A stretch of 64,000 nt of DNA from Waterburya sp. GTDB lineage: Bacteria; Cyanobacteriota; Cyanobacteriia; Cyanobacteriales; Xenococcaceae. Position numbers and translations under genes: made by a program. The notes beneath the pieces are model-generated. The model saw only the letters and a list, made by a program, of their open reading frames with translations, did not search any database and was not told where the DNA came from. The DNA lies in NCBI GenBank assembly GCA_965217895.1, contig CBDCJV010000002.1, forward strand, positions 4,000,001 through 4,064,000. The letters are read 5' to 3'. This document shows positions 1 through 10,853 of the stretch, in pieces; the stretch's first letter is position 1, and the number at the start of each line of letters is the position of its first letter.

Positions 1-1073
1 TCATCAACCATTTTTCCATCGCTTTTTAAAGCTTGCGCTCTGACTCCTGCGGGAGTTGGTACAACGTCTTGAGCCTGGACTTCGGGAATTAATCTTTGTA
101 GGCTACGGACAAAAATAGCCTTACTATAAGAGCGAATCATCTCTTCAATCCCTTCTTTAGAATACTTGGCTACCAGTTTCCAAAAGCCTGGATAGGTCAT
201 GGTGTCCATAAAATCCATGAGATCGAAGTCAAATTTACGATAGGCTTCTCGTTTAAATCCCAATACTGCATTAGGGCCGGCATGAACGCTGCCGTCAATA
301 CCAGGGGTAAAATGCACGCCTAAAAAAGGAAAATTAGGATTAGGAACAGGATAAATAGCTCCATTGACTAAATAGCGTTTTTCAGGGGTCAACTCATAGT
401 ATTCTCCCCGAAAAGGAACGATTTTGGCTGGTGGCTGTTCATTAGCAAGTTTGGTAAGGCGATCGCTATATAATCCAGCACAGTTAATGATAAACTCAGT
501 TTGATATTCCCCGTTGTTAGTTTCTAATACATGACCCTCAGCAGTGGATTTAATGCCTTGAACACGAGTATTGTTGTGTAGCTCTACACCATGTTCTTGG
601 GCAAGATCGGCGTATTTTTGACATACTTGCTTATAATCAACAATTCCCGTAGATTTGACCCTAATTCCTGCTAAACAATTTACGTGAGGCTCAATTTCTT
701 TTACTTGCTCTTGAGTAACTTTAGCAACCTCAAGTTCATTAGCCAAACCTCTTTGATAAAGATCATCTAACAATGGTAGTTCATGAGGCTCGGTTGCGAC
801 TATAACCTTACCGCATATTTGATAGTTGATATCATGTTTATCGCAAAAATTCACCATTGAACGATTGCCTTGACGACAAAGCTTGGCTTTAAAACTACCT
901 GGTTTGTAGTAGATACCAGAATGGATTACCCCGCTATTGTGTCCTGTTTGATGAGCAGCCCAAGATGCTTCTTTTTCTAATAAAGCAATTTTGGCGTTAG
1001 GAAATTTTTGACTAAGAGCCATTGCCGTAGACAAGCCAACAATACCACCACCAACAATAATGTAGTTATACAT
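1..1073 (-). CDS. lhgO: L-2-hydroxyglutarate oxidase family FAD-dependent oxidoreductase (3' end runs off the window)
   Basis: Not in the ORF track. Manual translation from ATG at 1073 gives MYNYIIVGGGIVGLSTA...HQTGHNSGVIHSGIYYKPGSFKAKLC...IVPFRGEYY...YPVPNPNFPFLGVHFT...GVRAQAL, which are LhgO motifs. The frame is open to the window edge. Confidence 0.92.
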   Translation of the reverse strand, partial: MYNYIIVGGGIVGLSTAMALSQKFPNAKIALLEKEASWAAHQTGHNSGVIHSGIYYKPGSFKAKLCRQGNRSMVNFCDKHDINYQICGKVIVATEPHELPLLDDLYQRGLANELEVAKVTQEQVKEIEPHVNCLAGIRVKSTGIVDYKQVCQKYADLAQEHGVELHNNTRVQGIKSTAEGHVLETNNGEYQTEFIINCAGLYSDRLTKLANEQPPAKIVPFRGEYYELTPEKRYLVNGAIYPVPNPNFPFLGVHFTPGIDGSVHAGPNAVLGFKREAYRKFDFDLMDFMDTMTYPGFWKLVAKYSKEGIEEMIRSYSKAIFVRSLQRLIPEVQAQDVVPTPAGVRAQALKSDGKMVD

Positions 1074-1195
1074 AATATATACTCAATTTATAAAAGCCTT
1101 ATATCTCAAAATAAAAATAATAAAGGAGGCGAATATTTTCGCCCCCCTAATTCAAAGGCAACAAAAAGCCAATGATAAATGCTAAATGCTAAATG

Positions 1196-2422
1196 CTAAA
1201 GTGCTACAACCTCTGTTGATACACCCATATCTTTGAGCATTTTGCTAATTTCATCTGTGTAGATAGCATTCATTACAATTACCTTATCTGGTTGGTAAGT
1301 TTTAAGAAACTCGGGAGACATAATTTCCTTGCCTACCCCAGGAATATATTTGCCGTGACGGTGGGGGTTAATATCAACAGCATATTCAATTTTGTCAATG
1401 GTTTTTAGGGTAGTCAAAAACGCCACGCATTTAGAACCAGAACCCCACACTACGACTTTTTCGCCCTTCGCTTGAGCATCATCAAGAAACTTTTTCCAGT
1501 AATTTAACTTATCTGTAATTTTCTTAGTAAATAGCTGCACGTCTTGAGCAACGTCTGCTACAGTTTCTTCAAAAGGATGTATTTTCTCAGAGGGAATGGC
1601 TACAGGCTTGGCTTCAATTAAAAGATACTGATCGCCATAGTCGCAGTATAGATCGGTTACTTCAAAACCACTATCGCGGAATAGACGAGCTAGGGTTCCA
1701 GGGCTAAAGTAGGAACAATGTTCGTAATAAATATCTTCAAAAGCCTGCTCTTTCAAGACTCTAGTATTATCAGGAATTTCAAACACCACTACGGTATCGC
1801 GATCGCCAATAGACTTACGGACAGTTTTAATAAACTCAGAAGTTGGTTGAATATGTTCTAAAGTATGACGACAACAGATAAAATCGCCTACATACTCAGA
1901 GTGTTTTTCAGAATAGTAATCTTGAATAAAGGTAACGCGATTTGCTGCTTCACTGTTTACTCTTCCAGGAACAACGCTAGGATCTATACCTACGCCACGA
2001 TTATTGCCTAGTTCGCATAGCAATAACAGAAAATCACCCTTGCTACAGCCAATTTCAATAATATCTTTGTTATGCAGATCGTATTTGTCAATTAGGTGAT
2101 TTGCAAGCTTAAGGGAAAACTTATTAAAAGTAGGAGAATAGCTTTGCTGATCTTCGTAGTTAGGTGCATAAGCCGACCATTTGGCATCAAATACTGTATT
2201 AGTAATAAAGCCACAGCGATCGCAAAAACCCAAAACAACATCACCGCAAGGAAAATCCTGAGCCTCTTCTTGGCTAGATATCATTAAGCAACTATGTACA
2301 GGAACTTGGCGAACCTCGTAAAAAACTGACAGTTCGTGATGTCCACAGTTAGGACAAGAATGCTTTATTTTCTTATGGTCTGGCTTTGACTGCATATCAG
2401 TAGAACTCAAATCTTGTAACAT
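1196..2422 (-). CDS. Class I SAM-dependent methyltransferase, NDP-sugar C-methyltransferase-like (N-terminal Zn-binding and C-terminal domains)
   Basis: CPNC...CDRC zinc site, IEIGCSKG SAM motif, HTLEH, IYYEHCSYFS, WGSGSK, VDINPHRHGKYIPG. Confidence 0.85.
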   Translation of the reverse strand: MLQDLSSTDMQSKPDHKKIKHSCPNCGHHELSVFYEVRQVPVHSCLMISSQEEAQDFPCGDVVLGFCDRCGFITNTVFDAKWSAYAPNYEDQQSYSPTFNKFSLKLANHLIDKYDLHNKDIIEIGCSKGDFLLLLCELGNNRGVGIDPSVVPGRVNSEAANRVTFIQDYYSEKHSEYVGDFICCRHTLEHIQPTSEFIKTVRKSIGDRDTVVVFEIPDNTRVLKEQAFEDIYYEHCSYFSPGTLARLFRDSGFEVTDLYCDYGDQYLLIEAKPVAIPSEKIHPFEETVADVAQDVQLFTKKITDKLNYWKKFLDDAQAKGEKVVVWGSGSKCVAFLTTLKTIDKIEYAVDINPHRHGKYIPGVGKEIMSPEFLKTYQPDKVIVMNAIYTDEISKMLKDMGVSTEVVAL

Positions 2423-2569
2423 TATTAAATACTCCTATAAAAATTTATTTGACTAAGATCAATTCTTTAGTAATAACTTAATTCTCTCCACTTCGCCAAT
2501 AGCAGTAGAGAGAACTTTAGATTTACTAACTCGAAAATCCAGTTAGTTTAACTGTATGCTGTGTAAAGA

Positions 2570-3799
2570 CTAGACAATTTTGGGGTCAGGAATAGGAACA
2601 ATAAATTGTCCTCCAGATGCTCGATATTCCTGCTGTTGCTCCATAATTTCTTTAGCAAAGTTCCAAGCTAAAATTAGCACATAGTCTGGTTTGTCTTCTA
2701 ACAGCTTGCTAGGATGAAAAATAGGCAAATGATTAATACTCATAAAGCGACCTTGTTTAAATTCATTTAGATCGACTATGTAGTCTAGAAGAGTTTTATC
2801 TATGCCTAAATAACTCAGCATAGTTGTAGCTTTAGCAGCAGCACCATAGCCCACAACTCTTTTGCCTTGTTTTTTCAAATCCCATAAGATATCCATCAAA
2901 GCAGATTTGAAAGCAGCCACGTTATTAGCAAAATCTTGATAGTAGCTGAAATTATCCACCTGAGATTCTTGCTCTTCTTTTAATAAAAACTTAACTGAAT
3001 CTTGTACTGCTTCAGTTTTCTCTATGTACAAACGCAAAGAACCACCGTGTATTTTTGTGCGCTCAACATGGTTTAGATATAAAGAATGTTTTCTAAATAA
3101 TTTGTCTAAAGCCGTGACAGAGAAATAACATAGATGTTGATGATAGATAGTATCAAATTCACGGTGTTGTACTAAATCAACTAAATAAGGTGCTTCAATC
3201 ACTGCTACCCCCGTATCTTTCAAAAGAATGGAAAAGCCAGCCACAAAGCCATTTAAATCTGGTACGTGAGCCAAAACATTATTTGCCAAAAATACATCGG
3301 CTTGTTTTCCTTCGCCTTTCAATTTTTGCGCTAGCTCTTTACCAAAAAAAGTACATATAGAATAAATTCCCGCATTGTTGGCAGTTTCTACTTGTCCAGA
3401 AGCAGGATCTATTCCCAAAACAGGAATTTGATGTTCTACAAAGTTTTTCAGCATATAGCCATCATTGCTAGCTGCTTCAATCACAAAACTATTATTATCC
3501 AGATTCCTAGTTTTAATTAAATTTTTAGCACTATCCCCAAAGTGCTTTAATAAAGATGGTGAGACAGAAGAAAAATAAGGATAGTCCCGACAAAATAGTA
3601 TTTCTGGAGGAACTATTTCCGTAATTTGTACTAAACTACAGTCAGGGCAAAAAGCTAAATCTAATGGAGCAGTATATTCTGGAGAAGCTAACTGTTCTTT
3701 AGTTAAAAGGTTGTCAGCAAGAGGAGTATAACCGAAAGAGATAATTGACTTTAAGTCAGAATTACCGCATGAAAGACAGCTTGGCGCAGAAGCATTCAT
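2570..3799 (-). CDS. NDP-hexose 3-C-methyltransferase family protein
   Basis: CLSC...[63 protein letters not shown]. Confidence 0.9.
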   Translation of the reverse strand: MNASAPSCLSCGNSDLKSIISFGYTPLADNLLTKEQLASPEYTAPLDLAFCPDCSLVQITEIVPPEILFCRDYPYFSSVSPSLLKHFGDSAKNLIKTRNLDNNSFVIEAASNDGYMLKNFVEHQIPVLGIDPASGQVETANNAGIYSICTFFGKELAQKLKGEGKQADVFLANNVLAHVPDLNGFVAGFSILLKDTGVAVIEAPYLVDLVQHREFDTIYHQHLCYFSVTALDKLFRKHSLYLNHVERTKIHGGSLRLYIEKTEAVQDSVKFLLKEEQESQVDNFSYYQDFANNVAAFKSALMDILWDLKKQGKRVVGYGAAAKATTMLSYLGIDKTLLDYIVDLNEFKQGRFMSINHLPIFHPSKLLEDKPDYVLILAWNFAKEIMEQQQEYRASGGQFIVPIPDPKIV

Positions 3800-3951
3800 A
3801 ATATTGCTTATATTGTATTTAATTTACATTGTTGGCTCTACTAGTCGAGGCAACCATAAAATGATTGCCCCAATTTTTTCCTATTTAAACATTTTGAAAT
3901 CAACTTCGCCTTATATTTATGTATATGTCAAGCAAAGTTTTTTCATGCAGG

Positions 3952-4998
3952 TTATTCAATAGTTGCTAGCTGCTCTTTTTGCCAACGTAATTCGCCGTTT
4001 AGCAATTCATTGCTGATTAAATACTTAATATGAGCAATTCTTTGGTACTTAGAACCTTCAAATTCCTCTAAAGTCAAGCCAACTTTCTGGTATATTTCGT
4101 ATAGCTCTACTGCTCCTTTTTGGGCATCCCATTGAGGCTCAAAATTAGGCAAGACTTTGGTTATTTTGCTACAGTCAACTCGATAACAGCGTTTATCAGG
4201 ACCAGCATCAGGAGCATACTCGATGCGAGAATTTGGTACTGTGTCTATGACAATTTCAGCCAAATCCTTAATTTGATAATTATCTTCATTACGACCTACA
4301 TTAAATGCTTCATTATGAATTAGTTCTCTAGGTGCTTCTAATACAGCCAGAAAAGCTCTGGAAATGTCTTCAATATGAACAATAGGTCGCCAAGGAGTGC
4401 CGTCACTTTTGATATAGACCAACCCTTTGGTAAATGCCCAAGCAACTAGATTATTAAGTACTAGATCAAATCTCAATCTAGGTGATACCCCGTAGGCAGT
4501 AGCATTACGTAAAAAAGTAGGACTAAAATTGTCGTCAGCCAATTGGCTAACATCTTGCTCTACTTTTACTTTAGAAACTCCATAAGGGGTAACAGGGTTA
4601 AAGGCGGACTCTTCATTAAGCCAGTCATCTCCCCCTGCACCATAGTTGCTACAGGATGAAGAAAAGATGAAGCGACTAACTCCAGCTTGCTTTGCTAACT
4701 TGGCGAGCTTCACAGAAGCTGAATAATTAATTTCCTCTGTCAATTTAGGATTGAGATTCCCTAAAGGATCATTGGAAAGACCAGCTAAGTGTAAAACCGC
4801 TTCAAATCCCTCCAAGTCCTCAGGTTTTACGTCCCGAACATCCTTTTTAATTTCAGGGATCTCGACGATCCCTTTACCAAATGTACTTCTGGCATATAAA
4901 TCAGTATCTAAACCGACGACATCATACCCTTTGCTTAGCAACATTGGAATCATTAACGTTCCGATGTAACCCTTGTGACCAGTCACCAGTATTTTCAT
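3952..4998 (-). CDS. NAD-dependent epimerase/dehydratase (extended SDR)
   Basis: Likely start is ATG 4998 (MKILVTGHKGYIG), preceded by GGAGG. Motifs HLAGLSNDP, SSSCSNYG, YGVSK (YxxxK). The ORF track start at 5037 is probably too long. Confidence 0.9.
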   Translation of the reverse strand: MKILVTGHKGYIGTLMIPMLLSKGYDVVGLDTDLYARSTFGKGIVEIPEIKKDVRDVKPEDLEGFEAVLHLAGLSNDPLGNLNPKLTEEINYSASVKLAKLAKQAGVSRFIFSSSCSNYGAGGDDWLNEESAFNPVTPYGVSKVKVEQDVSQLADDNFSPTFLRNATAYGVSPRLRFDLVLNNLVAWAFTKGLVYIKSDGTPWRPIVHIEDISRAFLAVLEAPRELIHNEAFNVGRNEDNYQIKDLAEIVIDTVPNSRIEYAPDAGPDKRCYRVDCSKITKVLPNFEPQWDAQKGAVELYEIYQKVGLTLEEFEGSKYQRIAHIKYLISNELLNGELRWQKEQLATIE

Positions 4999-5776
4999 AT
5001 GTTTGATCCTCCCATGTTTTCCACGGCGCGTTTCCACTAGCCCATAGAGTTTCTAAACGATGTTTGTCTCTTAAGGTGTCCATACACTGCCAGAAACCAT
5101 CGTGCTTGTATGCCATCAACTGACCATCCCTAGCAAGCCTTTCTAGAGGCTCTTTTTCCCATTGAGTTTCGTCACCATCTATATAGTCAAAGATCTCAGG
5201 TTCTAAAACAAAGAAAGCACCATTGATCCAACCTTCTTTGGTTTGGGGTTTTTCTGAAAATTCAGAAATTTGATTCCCCTTCAAATCTAAGTGACCAAAA
5301 CGGGCAGGGGGTCGAACAGCAGTGAGAGTAGCTAGTTTGCCGTGAGAACGGTGAAAAGCTAAAAGCTCGTGCAGGTCGATGTTAGAAACTCCATCACCCC
5401 AAGTTAACATGAATGTTTCTCGACCGACATAGGGAGCAAGACGTTTAATACGTCCTCCTGTATTGGTTGTAAGCCCAGTATCAATAAGATCTACGTTCCA
5501 ATCAAGTCTAGAACCACCGTGAGGCTTTACTTCTCCATTACGGAAACCGACAGTCAGATTACTATTTAAAGCGCAGTAATCTACCATATATTTTTTGATA
5601 ACTGCACCTTTATACCCTAGAGCAACAGCAAAGTCTTTAAAACCATACTGATGGTAGTGCATCATGATATGCCACAAAATAGGCTGTCCACCAATTTCGA
5701 CCATTGGCTTGGGTTTATTTTCGGTTTCTTCTGAAATTCGAGTTCCTAATCCACCAGCAAGAAAGGCTACCTTCAT
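4922..5776 (-). CDS. rfbF: Glucose-1-phosphate cytidylyltransferase
   Basis: LAGGLGTRISEET..KPKPMVEIGG, TGGRIKR, WINGAFFV, FWQCMDTLRDK, APWKTW. Confidence 0.93.
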   Translation of the reverse strand: MKVAFLAGGLGTRISEETENKPKPMVEIGGQPILWHIMMHYHQYGFKDFAVALGYKGAVIKKYMVDYCALNSNLTVGFRNGEVKPHGGSRLDWNVDLIDTGLTTNTGGRIKRLAPYVGRETFMLTWGDGVSNIDLHELLAFHRSHGKLATLTAVRPPARFGHLDLKGNQISEFSEKPQTKEGWINGAFFVLEPEIFDYIDGDETQWEKEPLERLARDGQLMAYKHDGFWQCMDTLRDKHRLETLWASGNAPWKTWEDQTYENTGDWSQGLHRNVNDSNVAKQRV

Positions 5777-6041
5777 AATTTTTCTCCACTTTGAGCGTAT
5801 AGAGGTTTATATAAAATTGAGCAATCTGTAATTTTATTAATAAGCTAATATAAGTTTTTACTATTGTGTAAAAATTAGCTTTTAATTACTTTCATTGTAA
5901 ATATACAGTAGAAACTTTGGTTTGAAGATTCAGTAAAGTTATTTTTGGCAAACCGCTTTAAATAAATTTTATTTGTCAAAAATAACACATTGTTATTCCT
6001 GAAGCCTTGATAAACATAAAGTTGATATCTTGATGAAAACT

Positions 6042-6818
6042 TTAAAAAGCTGATAAAGGATTGAGCCAAATAACTAATTCCTGCTGCAAGTTTTGTAAAT
6101 TTCGCGACATTTCCTGACTAAACCACTGTCCGATCGCATCTACGGGAGTAAAAAAACTGCTTGATTGCCATCTAACTCTTTGATTGAGAGGGGTTAAATG
6201 ATTTCCAGTCATGGTCTTCATAGTTATCATATCAGGAAAACGATCGCTTAAAACAGAATTTAAATTAATTGTCTGATCGAGGTTATCTCGATCAAACTTC
6301 AGCAGCAAATTACGACGAATACAATAATTTTCAGCAATTAATTTGGTTGTTTCCACAGGAGAAGGGGTAAATTCTACCTCCAGCATGGGAGCAAGATTAA
6401 GCTGTTCCATAAAAGGAATTGCTTTGTTAACGGGATAATTATTAAACGAAATTAGAATATTACCTGCTCTCTGGACATCATATATGCTGCCAATCAGCAA
6501 ATGTAGTTTGCAGCCCATACTGTGTCCTACACCGTATATTGGTAAATAGCTTTTACCCAACTTGTTATTCTTTTGCAGTCTTTCTAAGACTGTTTCAAAA
6601 CGATTCAAAACATCGCGGGCGATCGCAAAATGATCTAGAGTATTTAGAAAAGGAGTGGCAATAATTCCATATCCTGCTTTGCCTAGCTGCTCTAGTATTG
6701 AGCGATATGATATTTGGGGTGCTGTAGCTACAAATGCGCCACCTAAAAAATGCACAATTCCTATAATCTCTCGATTAGGAAGATATACCCAGTTTCCTGA
6801 AATTTCTTGCCATTCCAT
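6042..6818 (-). CDS. DUF1350 family alpha/beta-hydrolase-like protein
   Basis: HFLGGAFVA, GVGHSMGCKLH (GxSxG), ISFNN, GNHLTP. Confidence 0.85.
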   Translation of the reverse strand: MEWQEISGNWVYLPNREIIGIVHFLGGAFVATAPQISYRSILEQLGKAGYGIIATPFLNTLDHFAIARDVLNRFETVLERLQKNNKLGKSYLPIYGVGHSMGCKLHLLIGSIYDVQRAGNILISFNNYPVNKAIPFMEQLNLAPMLEVEFTPSPVETTKLIAENYCIRRNLLLKFDRDNLDQTINLNSVLSDRFPDMITMKTMTGNHLTPLNQRVRWQSSSFFTPVDAIGQWFSQEMSRNLQNLQQELVIWLNPLSAF

Positions 6819-7001
6819 GATTTTTGTACTTGATTAATAACTCTTGCTTAGTCTCTAGCGATCGCCAGATATAAATTATCAGGAAGAAAACACTTAGTAA
6901 TATTAAGTTTAGCTAAACGATTAAATCAAACTGCTCTAGCAATTGTAACGGGCTTAATTGCTAGAAAAATTACATTTCTAACATTTCTAACAATTCAACA
7001 A

Positions 7002-7937
7002 TTAAAAATCCAAATCGCAAAATTCTGGTTTTAGATCCCGTTCCATCAGTGCTTGAATCGCTTCTTCGGGGGTTATTTTAGCCCGTAAGAGTCGATGTAC
7101 CTGTCGGGCAATGGGGACGGCGATTGTTTCTAAGTCGGCTATTTTAACCAGTACATTTGCTGTATTTACCCCTTCTGCCGTGCCTTCTAAATCTGCCAAA
7201 ATTTGCTCTAAAGGCTTGCCGTGAGCAAGCCCATAGCCTACTTGGTAGTTTCGGGATAATGAACTATCACAGGTAGCCATCAAATCTCCCAAACCAGATA
7301 AACCAAAAAAGGTTTCTGCCGATGCGCCCAAATGGATACCAATACGGATCATTTCAGGCAAGGCGCGAGTAAGTAAAGCTGCTTTAGCGTTTGTGCCTAA
7401 CTCCATGCCATCACAGACTCCAGAAGCGATCGCAATTACATTTTTTAACGTCCCTCCTAATTCTGTGCCGATAGGATCTTCATTCACATAAACCCTAAAG
7501 GTATCTGAAGCATAAATCTCTTGTACTCTCTCGGCAGCAGCTAAATCATTGCTGGCTACCACCGTGGCAGCAGGTAAACCCTTGGCTATTTCCTTAGAAA
7601 GATTAGGGCCAGACAATACTACTACAGAATGATTGGGAAAAGCTGCTTGCCAAATTTGGGAGGGGGTACGGGTAGTTTCAGGGTCTAATCCCTTGGTAGC
7701 GGTAACGATAATTTTATCTTTAGGCAGGTTGAGCGATTGCAACTTGCCAATAGTGGGAATAACTCCCTTCATAGAAACCGCAGAAACAATAATAGCTGCA
7801 TCTTTAACTACAGATTCTAGGGTCACATCACCACGATGCGACCAAAAACGGACATCATGGCTATTACTTTCGGCGATCGCACCCAAAGCTGAACCCCATA
7901 CCCCTGTGCCTAAAATGGCGACAATATTAGATGACAT
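7002..7937 (-). CDS. gpsA: NAD(P)H-dependent glycerol-3-phosphate dehydrogenase
   Basis: GTGVWGSALG, TKGL, LSGPNLSKEI, GGTLKNVIAIA, GLGDLMATC, SRNY, EGVNT. Confidence 0.96.
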   Translation of the reverse strand: MSSNIVAILGTGVWGSALGAIAESNSHDVRFWSHRGDVTLESVVKDAAIIVSAVSMKGVIPTIGKLQSLNLPKDKIIVTATKGLDPETTRTPSQIWQAAFPNHSVVVLSGPNLSKEIAKGLPAATVVASNDLAAAERVQEIYASDTFRVYVNEDPIGTELGGTLKNVIAIASGVCDGMELGTNAKAALLTRALPEMIRIGIHLGASAETFFGLSGLGDLMATCDSSLSRNYQVGYGLAHGKPLEQILADLEGTAEGVNTANVLVKIADLETIAVPIARQVHRLLRAKITPEEAIQALMERDLKPEFCDLDF

Positions 7938-8050
7938 ATTTATGAATACAATCTCAACAATAGTATTTTTAATTTTTTCTTTGTTAATACTTTAAAAGAG
8001 ATCCTGCCCTTTATTTTGCTGATATAGGAAATACCAATCATTATTGCCAT

Positions 8051-8311
8051 TTATCCATACTTTAATTTGCAAACCAAAATTGAAAACGCCAGAATAAAAG
8101 TGACGAAATTGGCTAGAAACACAGGCAGATTTTGAGTATAAAAACCATAAATTACCCATAGCACAACTCCAAGACAAAAAGAAAGAAACATTGCCAGAGA
8201 GATGTCTTTAGTAGATTTAGTCTTCCAGGCGCGAACTGCCTGTGGCAAAAAAGAAATAGTAGTTAAAATACCTGCCAAAAGACCCACGTAAGTCATAAAG
8301 GGAAATTCCAT
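8051..8311 (-). CDS. SemiSWEET family (PQ-loop) transporter
   Basis: 86 aa with three hydrophobic helices, LTTISFLPQ, KSTKDIS, LWVIYG, PVFLAN. Confidence 0.9.
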   Translation of the reverse strand: MEFPFMTYVGLLAGILTTISFLPQAVRAWKTKSTKDISLAMFLSFCLGVVLWVIYGFYTQNLPVFLANFVTFILAFSILVCKLKYG

Positions 8312-8453
8312 AGAAAAATATTTTACTCTTCTCTTTAAATAAAGGTTTTCTTAATGATAATAAATAGTAAGGAGATTCCAGCATTTTATTGATAGTAGCT
8401 GCTACCAGCTACTATTCATCCTTCATCCTTTATATTTCAACCGCCATCTTAAG

Positions 8454-8469
8454 GTTCGGAAAACTACAC
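8454..8469 (+). promoter_or_regulatory. K-box element upstream of dnaK
   Basis: GTTCGG-AAAA-CTACAC is one mismatch from the K-box consensus GTTCGG-NNAN-CCNNAC described upstream of cyanobacterial groESL1 and dnaK2. It lies about 190 nt upstream of dnaK. Confidence 0.7.
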
Positions 8470-8654
8470 TACCTAAGACTTACGATTAACTTGCACTATG
8501 TATAGAGATAGATGTGATAACTGAGGCGAGAAAAGCAAGCCAATAAGATTCACAAATAATCTAATAGTCTAAATCTATAGCGCATTGTATATTATTGCAC
8601 TGCCTCAAAAAAAATTTTAGTTTTTGTTGTTAAATTCGGAGTATTGCTTAAAGT

Positions 8655-10589
8655 ATGGCAAAGGTTGTTGGTATTGACTTAGGAACTACTAACTCTTGTG
8701 TAGCAGTGATGGAAGGGGGAAAACCCACGGTTATCGCTAACGCGGAAGGTTTTAGAACTACTCCCTCAGTTGTCGCTTACGCAAAAAATGGCGATCTTTT
8801 AGTTGGTCAGATCGCAAAACGCCAGGCTGTGATGAACACTGGCAACACTTTTTATTCGGTTAAACGTTTTATTGGACGCAGATCCGATGAAGTAACTAAC
8901 GAAACCAAAGAGGTTGCTTACGAAGTAGTCAAAGATAGCAATGGTAATGTTAAGTTAAACTGTCCTGCACAAGATAAGCAGTTTGCACCAGAAGAAATTT
9001 CAGCTCAAGTATTACGCAAACTAGTTGAGGATGCTAGCAAGTATCTTGGAGAAAAGGTAACTCAGGCAGTTATTACCGTTCCTGCTTACTTCAATGATTC
9101 TCAGCGTCAGGCAACTAAAGACGCTGGTAAAATCGCTGGGGTAGAGGTATTGCGGATTATTAACGAACCTACCGCAGCCTCTTTGGCTTATGGTCTAGAT
9201 AAAAAAGATAATGAAACTATCCTCGTCTTTGACTTAGGTGGTGGTACATTTGACGTTTCGATTCTAGAAGTAGGAGACGGTGTATTTGAAGTTTTGGCTA
9301 CCGCTGGTGATACTCACCTAGGTGGTGATGACTTTGACAAAAAGATCGTTGATTATCTAGCAGGGGAATTTCAGAAAAACGAAGGTATTGACCTCCGTAA
9401 GGATAATCAAGCTTTACAGCGTCTAACTGAAGCAGCAGAGAAAGCCAAGATTGAACTTTCTAGCGCAACTCAAACTGATATTAACCTTCCTTTTATTACT
9501 GCGACTCAGGATGGTCCCAAGCACCTTGACGTTTCTTTAACTAGAGCTAAGTTTGAAGAGTTGTGTTCCGATCTAATTGATCGCTGTCGCATTCCTGTTG
9601 AGCAGGCTCTTAAAGATTCTAAACTAGCTAAAGAAGCCATTGACGAAATAGTAATGGTGGGGGGTTCGACTCGTATTCCAGCGATCGTTGATGTTACCAA
9701 ACGAGTTTTAAATAAAGATCCCAACCAAACTGTAAACCCCGATGAAGTAGTGGCAGTTGGTGCTGCTATTCAAGCTGGTGTCTTAGCTGGGGAAGTAAAA
9801 GATATCTTACTTCTAGACGTTACTCCTCTTTCTCTTGGTGTAGAAACCTTGGGTGGGGTAATGACCAAGATTATTCCTCGTAACACCACCATTCCTACCA
9901 AAAAATCAGAAACCTTCTCTACTGCCGTTGACGGTCAAACTAATGTAGAAATTCATGTTCTACAGGGTGAAAGAGAATTTGGTAAAGACAATAAGAGTTT
10001 GGGAACTTTCCGTTTAGATGGTATTCCTCCCGCACCTCGTGGCGTACCTCAAATTGAGGTTACTTTTGATATCGACGCTAACGGTATTTTAAACGTAACT
10101 GCCAAAGATAAAGGTACAGGTAAAGAGCAGTCTATCAGTATCACCGGTGCATCAACTCTTCCTGATGATGAAGTCGATCGCATGGTACAAGAAGCAGAGT
10201 CTAATGCTTCTGCTGACAAAGAACGTCGTGAAGCGATTGATCGCAAGAATCAGGCTGATTCCTTGGTCTATCAAGCAGAGAAACAGCTTACCGAACTAGG
10301 TGATAAAGTATCTGCTGATGACAAAACTAAGGCTGAAGGTTTAATTAAAGACCTTAAAGAAGCTGTAGCTTCAGAAGACGATGAGAAAATCAAAACTCTT
10401 CTGCCAGAACTACAGCAAACTCTCTATAGCATTGGTAGCAATATCTATCAGCAAGGTGAAGGCGCAGGCGCAGCAGATGCAGCAGGTGCAGCACCAGGGG
10501 AAGAACCTCCTGTAGATCAATCTGATGGCGGTGGTTCTAGCGATAGTGGCGATGATGTCATTGATGCTGAGTTTTCCGAAACTAAATAG
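8655..10589 (+). CDS. dnaK: Chaperone DnaK (DnaK2-type)
   Basis: [38 protein letters not shown]-terminal [10 protein letters not shown]. Confidence 0.99.
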   Translation: MAKVVGIDLGTTNSCVAVMEGGKPTVIANAEGFRTTPSVVAYAKNGDLLVGQIAKRQAVMNTGNTFYSVKRFIGRRSDEVTNETKEVAYEVVKDSNGNVKLNCPAQDKQFAPEEISAQVLRKLVEDASKYLGEKVTQAVITVPAYFNDSQRQATKDAGKIAGVEVLRIINEPTAASLAYGLDKKDNETILVFDLGGGTFDVSILEVGDGVFEVLATAGDTHLGGDDFDKKIVDYLAGEFQKNEGIDLRKDNQALQRLTEAAEKAKIELSSATQTDINLPFITATQDGPKHLDVSLTRAKFEELCSDLIDRCRIPVEQALKDSKLAKEAIDEIVMVGGSTRIPAIVDVTKRVLNKDPNQTVNPDEVVAVGAAIQAGVLAGEVKDILLLDVTPLSLGVETLGGVMTKIIPRNTTIPTKKSETFSTAVDGQTNVEIHVLQGEREFGKDNKSLGTFRLDGIPPAPRGVPQIEVTFDIDANGILNVTAKDKGTGKEQSISITGASTLPDDEVDRMVQEAESNASADKERREAIDRKNQADSLVYQAEKQLTELGDKVSADDKTKAEGLIKDLKEAVASEDDEKIKTLLPELQQTLYSIGSNIYQQGEGAGAADAAGAAPGEEPPVDQSDGGGSSDSGDDVIDAEFSETK

Positions 10590-10627
10590 TCTAGATAGTT
10601 AAGTAATTAAACTTAGACTTTGAATTC

Positions 10628-10661
10628 AAAGAGACATACTTATTACGGTGTGTCTCTTTTT
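10628..10661 (+). terminator. Intrinsic terminator after dnaK
   Basis: AAAGAGACATAC-loop-GTGTGTCTCTTT hairpin followed by a T run. Confidence 0.75.
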
Positions 10662-10853
10662 GTTGGCGATAGTCCTATAGCGGATATCGAAGGTTTCAAA
10701 AGCATCGGTATGTATAGTGTTTATGTTCCTAGTTACTATGGAGCTAAATGCGATCGCGCTGATATAGTCTGTACGAATTTTGCTCAATTGCCCACCATAG
10801 TAATTAATGCTAGTAAATCTAAAGAAATAGATGAAATTAAGCAGGCTTATTAA
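10650..10853 (+). pseudogene. C-terminal remnant of a HAD-family hydrolase
   Basis: SLFVGDSPIADIEGFKSIGM resembles HAD motif IV (VGDx4DxxG). There is no N-terminal DxD motif, and the 5' part overlaps the dnaK terminator. Confidence 0.55.

Noticed and set aside
1178..1198. Heptamer tandem repeats (AAATGCT x3; similar short runs near 8415, 44686, 46789 and 53609)
   Set aside because: Short tandem heptamers after stop codons are common in cyanobacteria. They are too short to be CRISPR or a distinct element.
5875..6069. 64-aa ORF between DUF1350 and rfbF
   Set aside because: Very AT-rich, with no motif or ribosome-binding site. It is more likely the rfbF promoter region.
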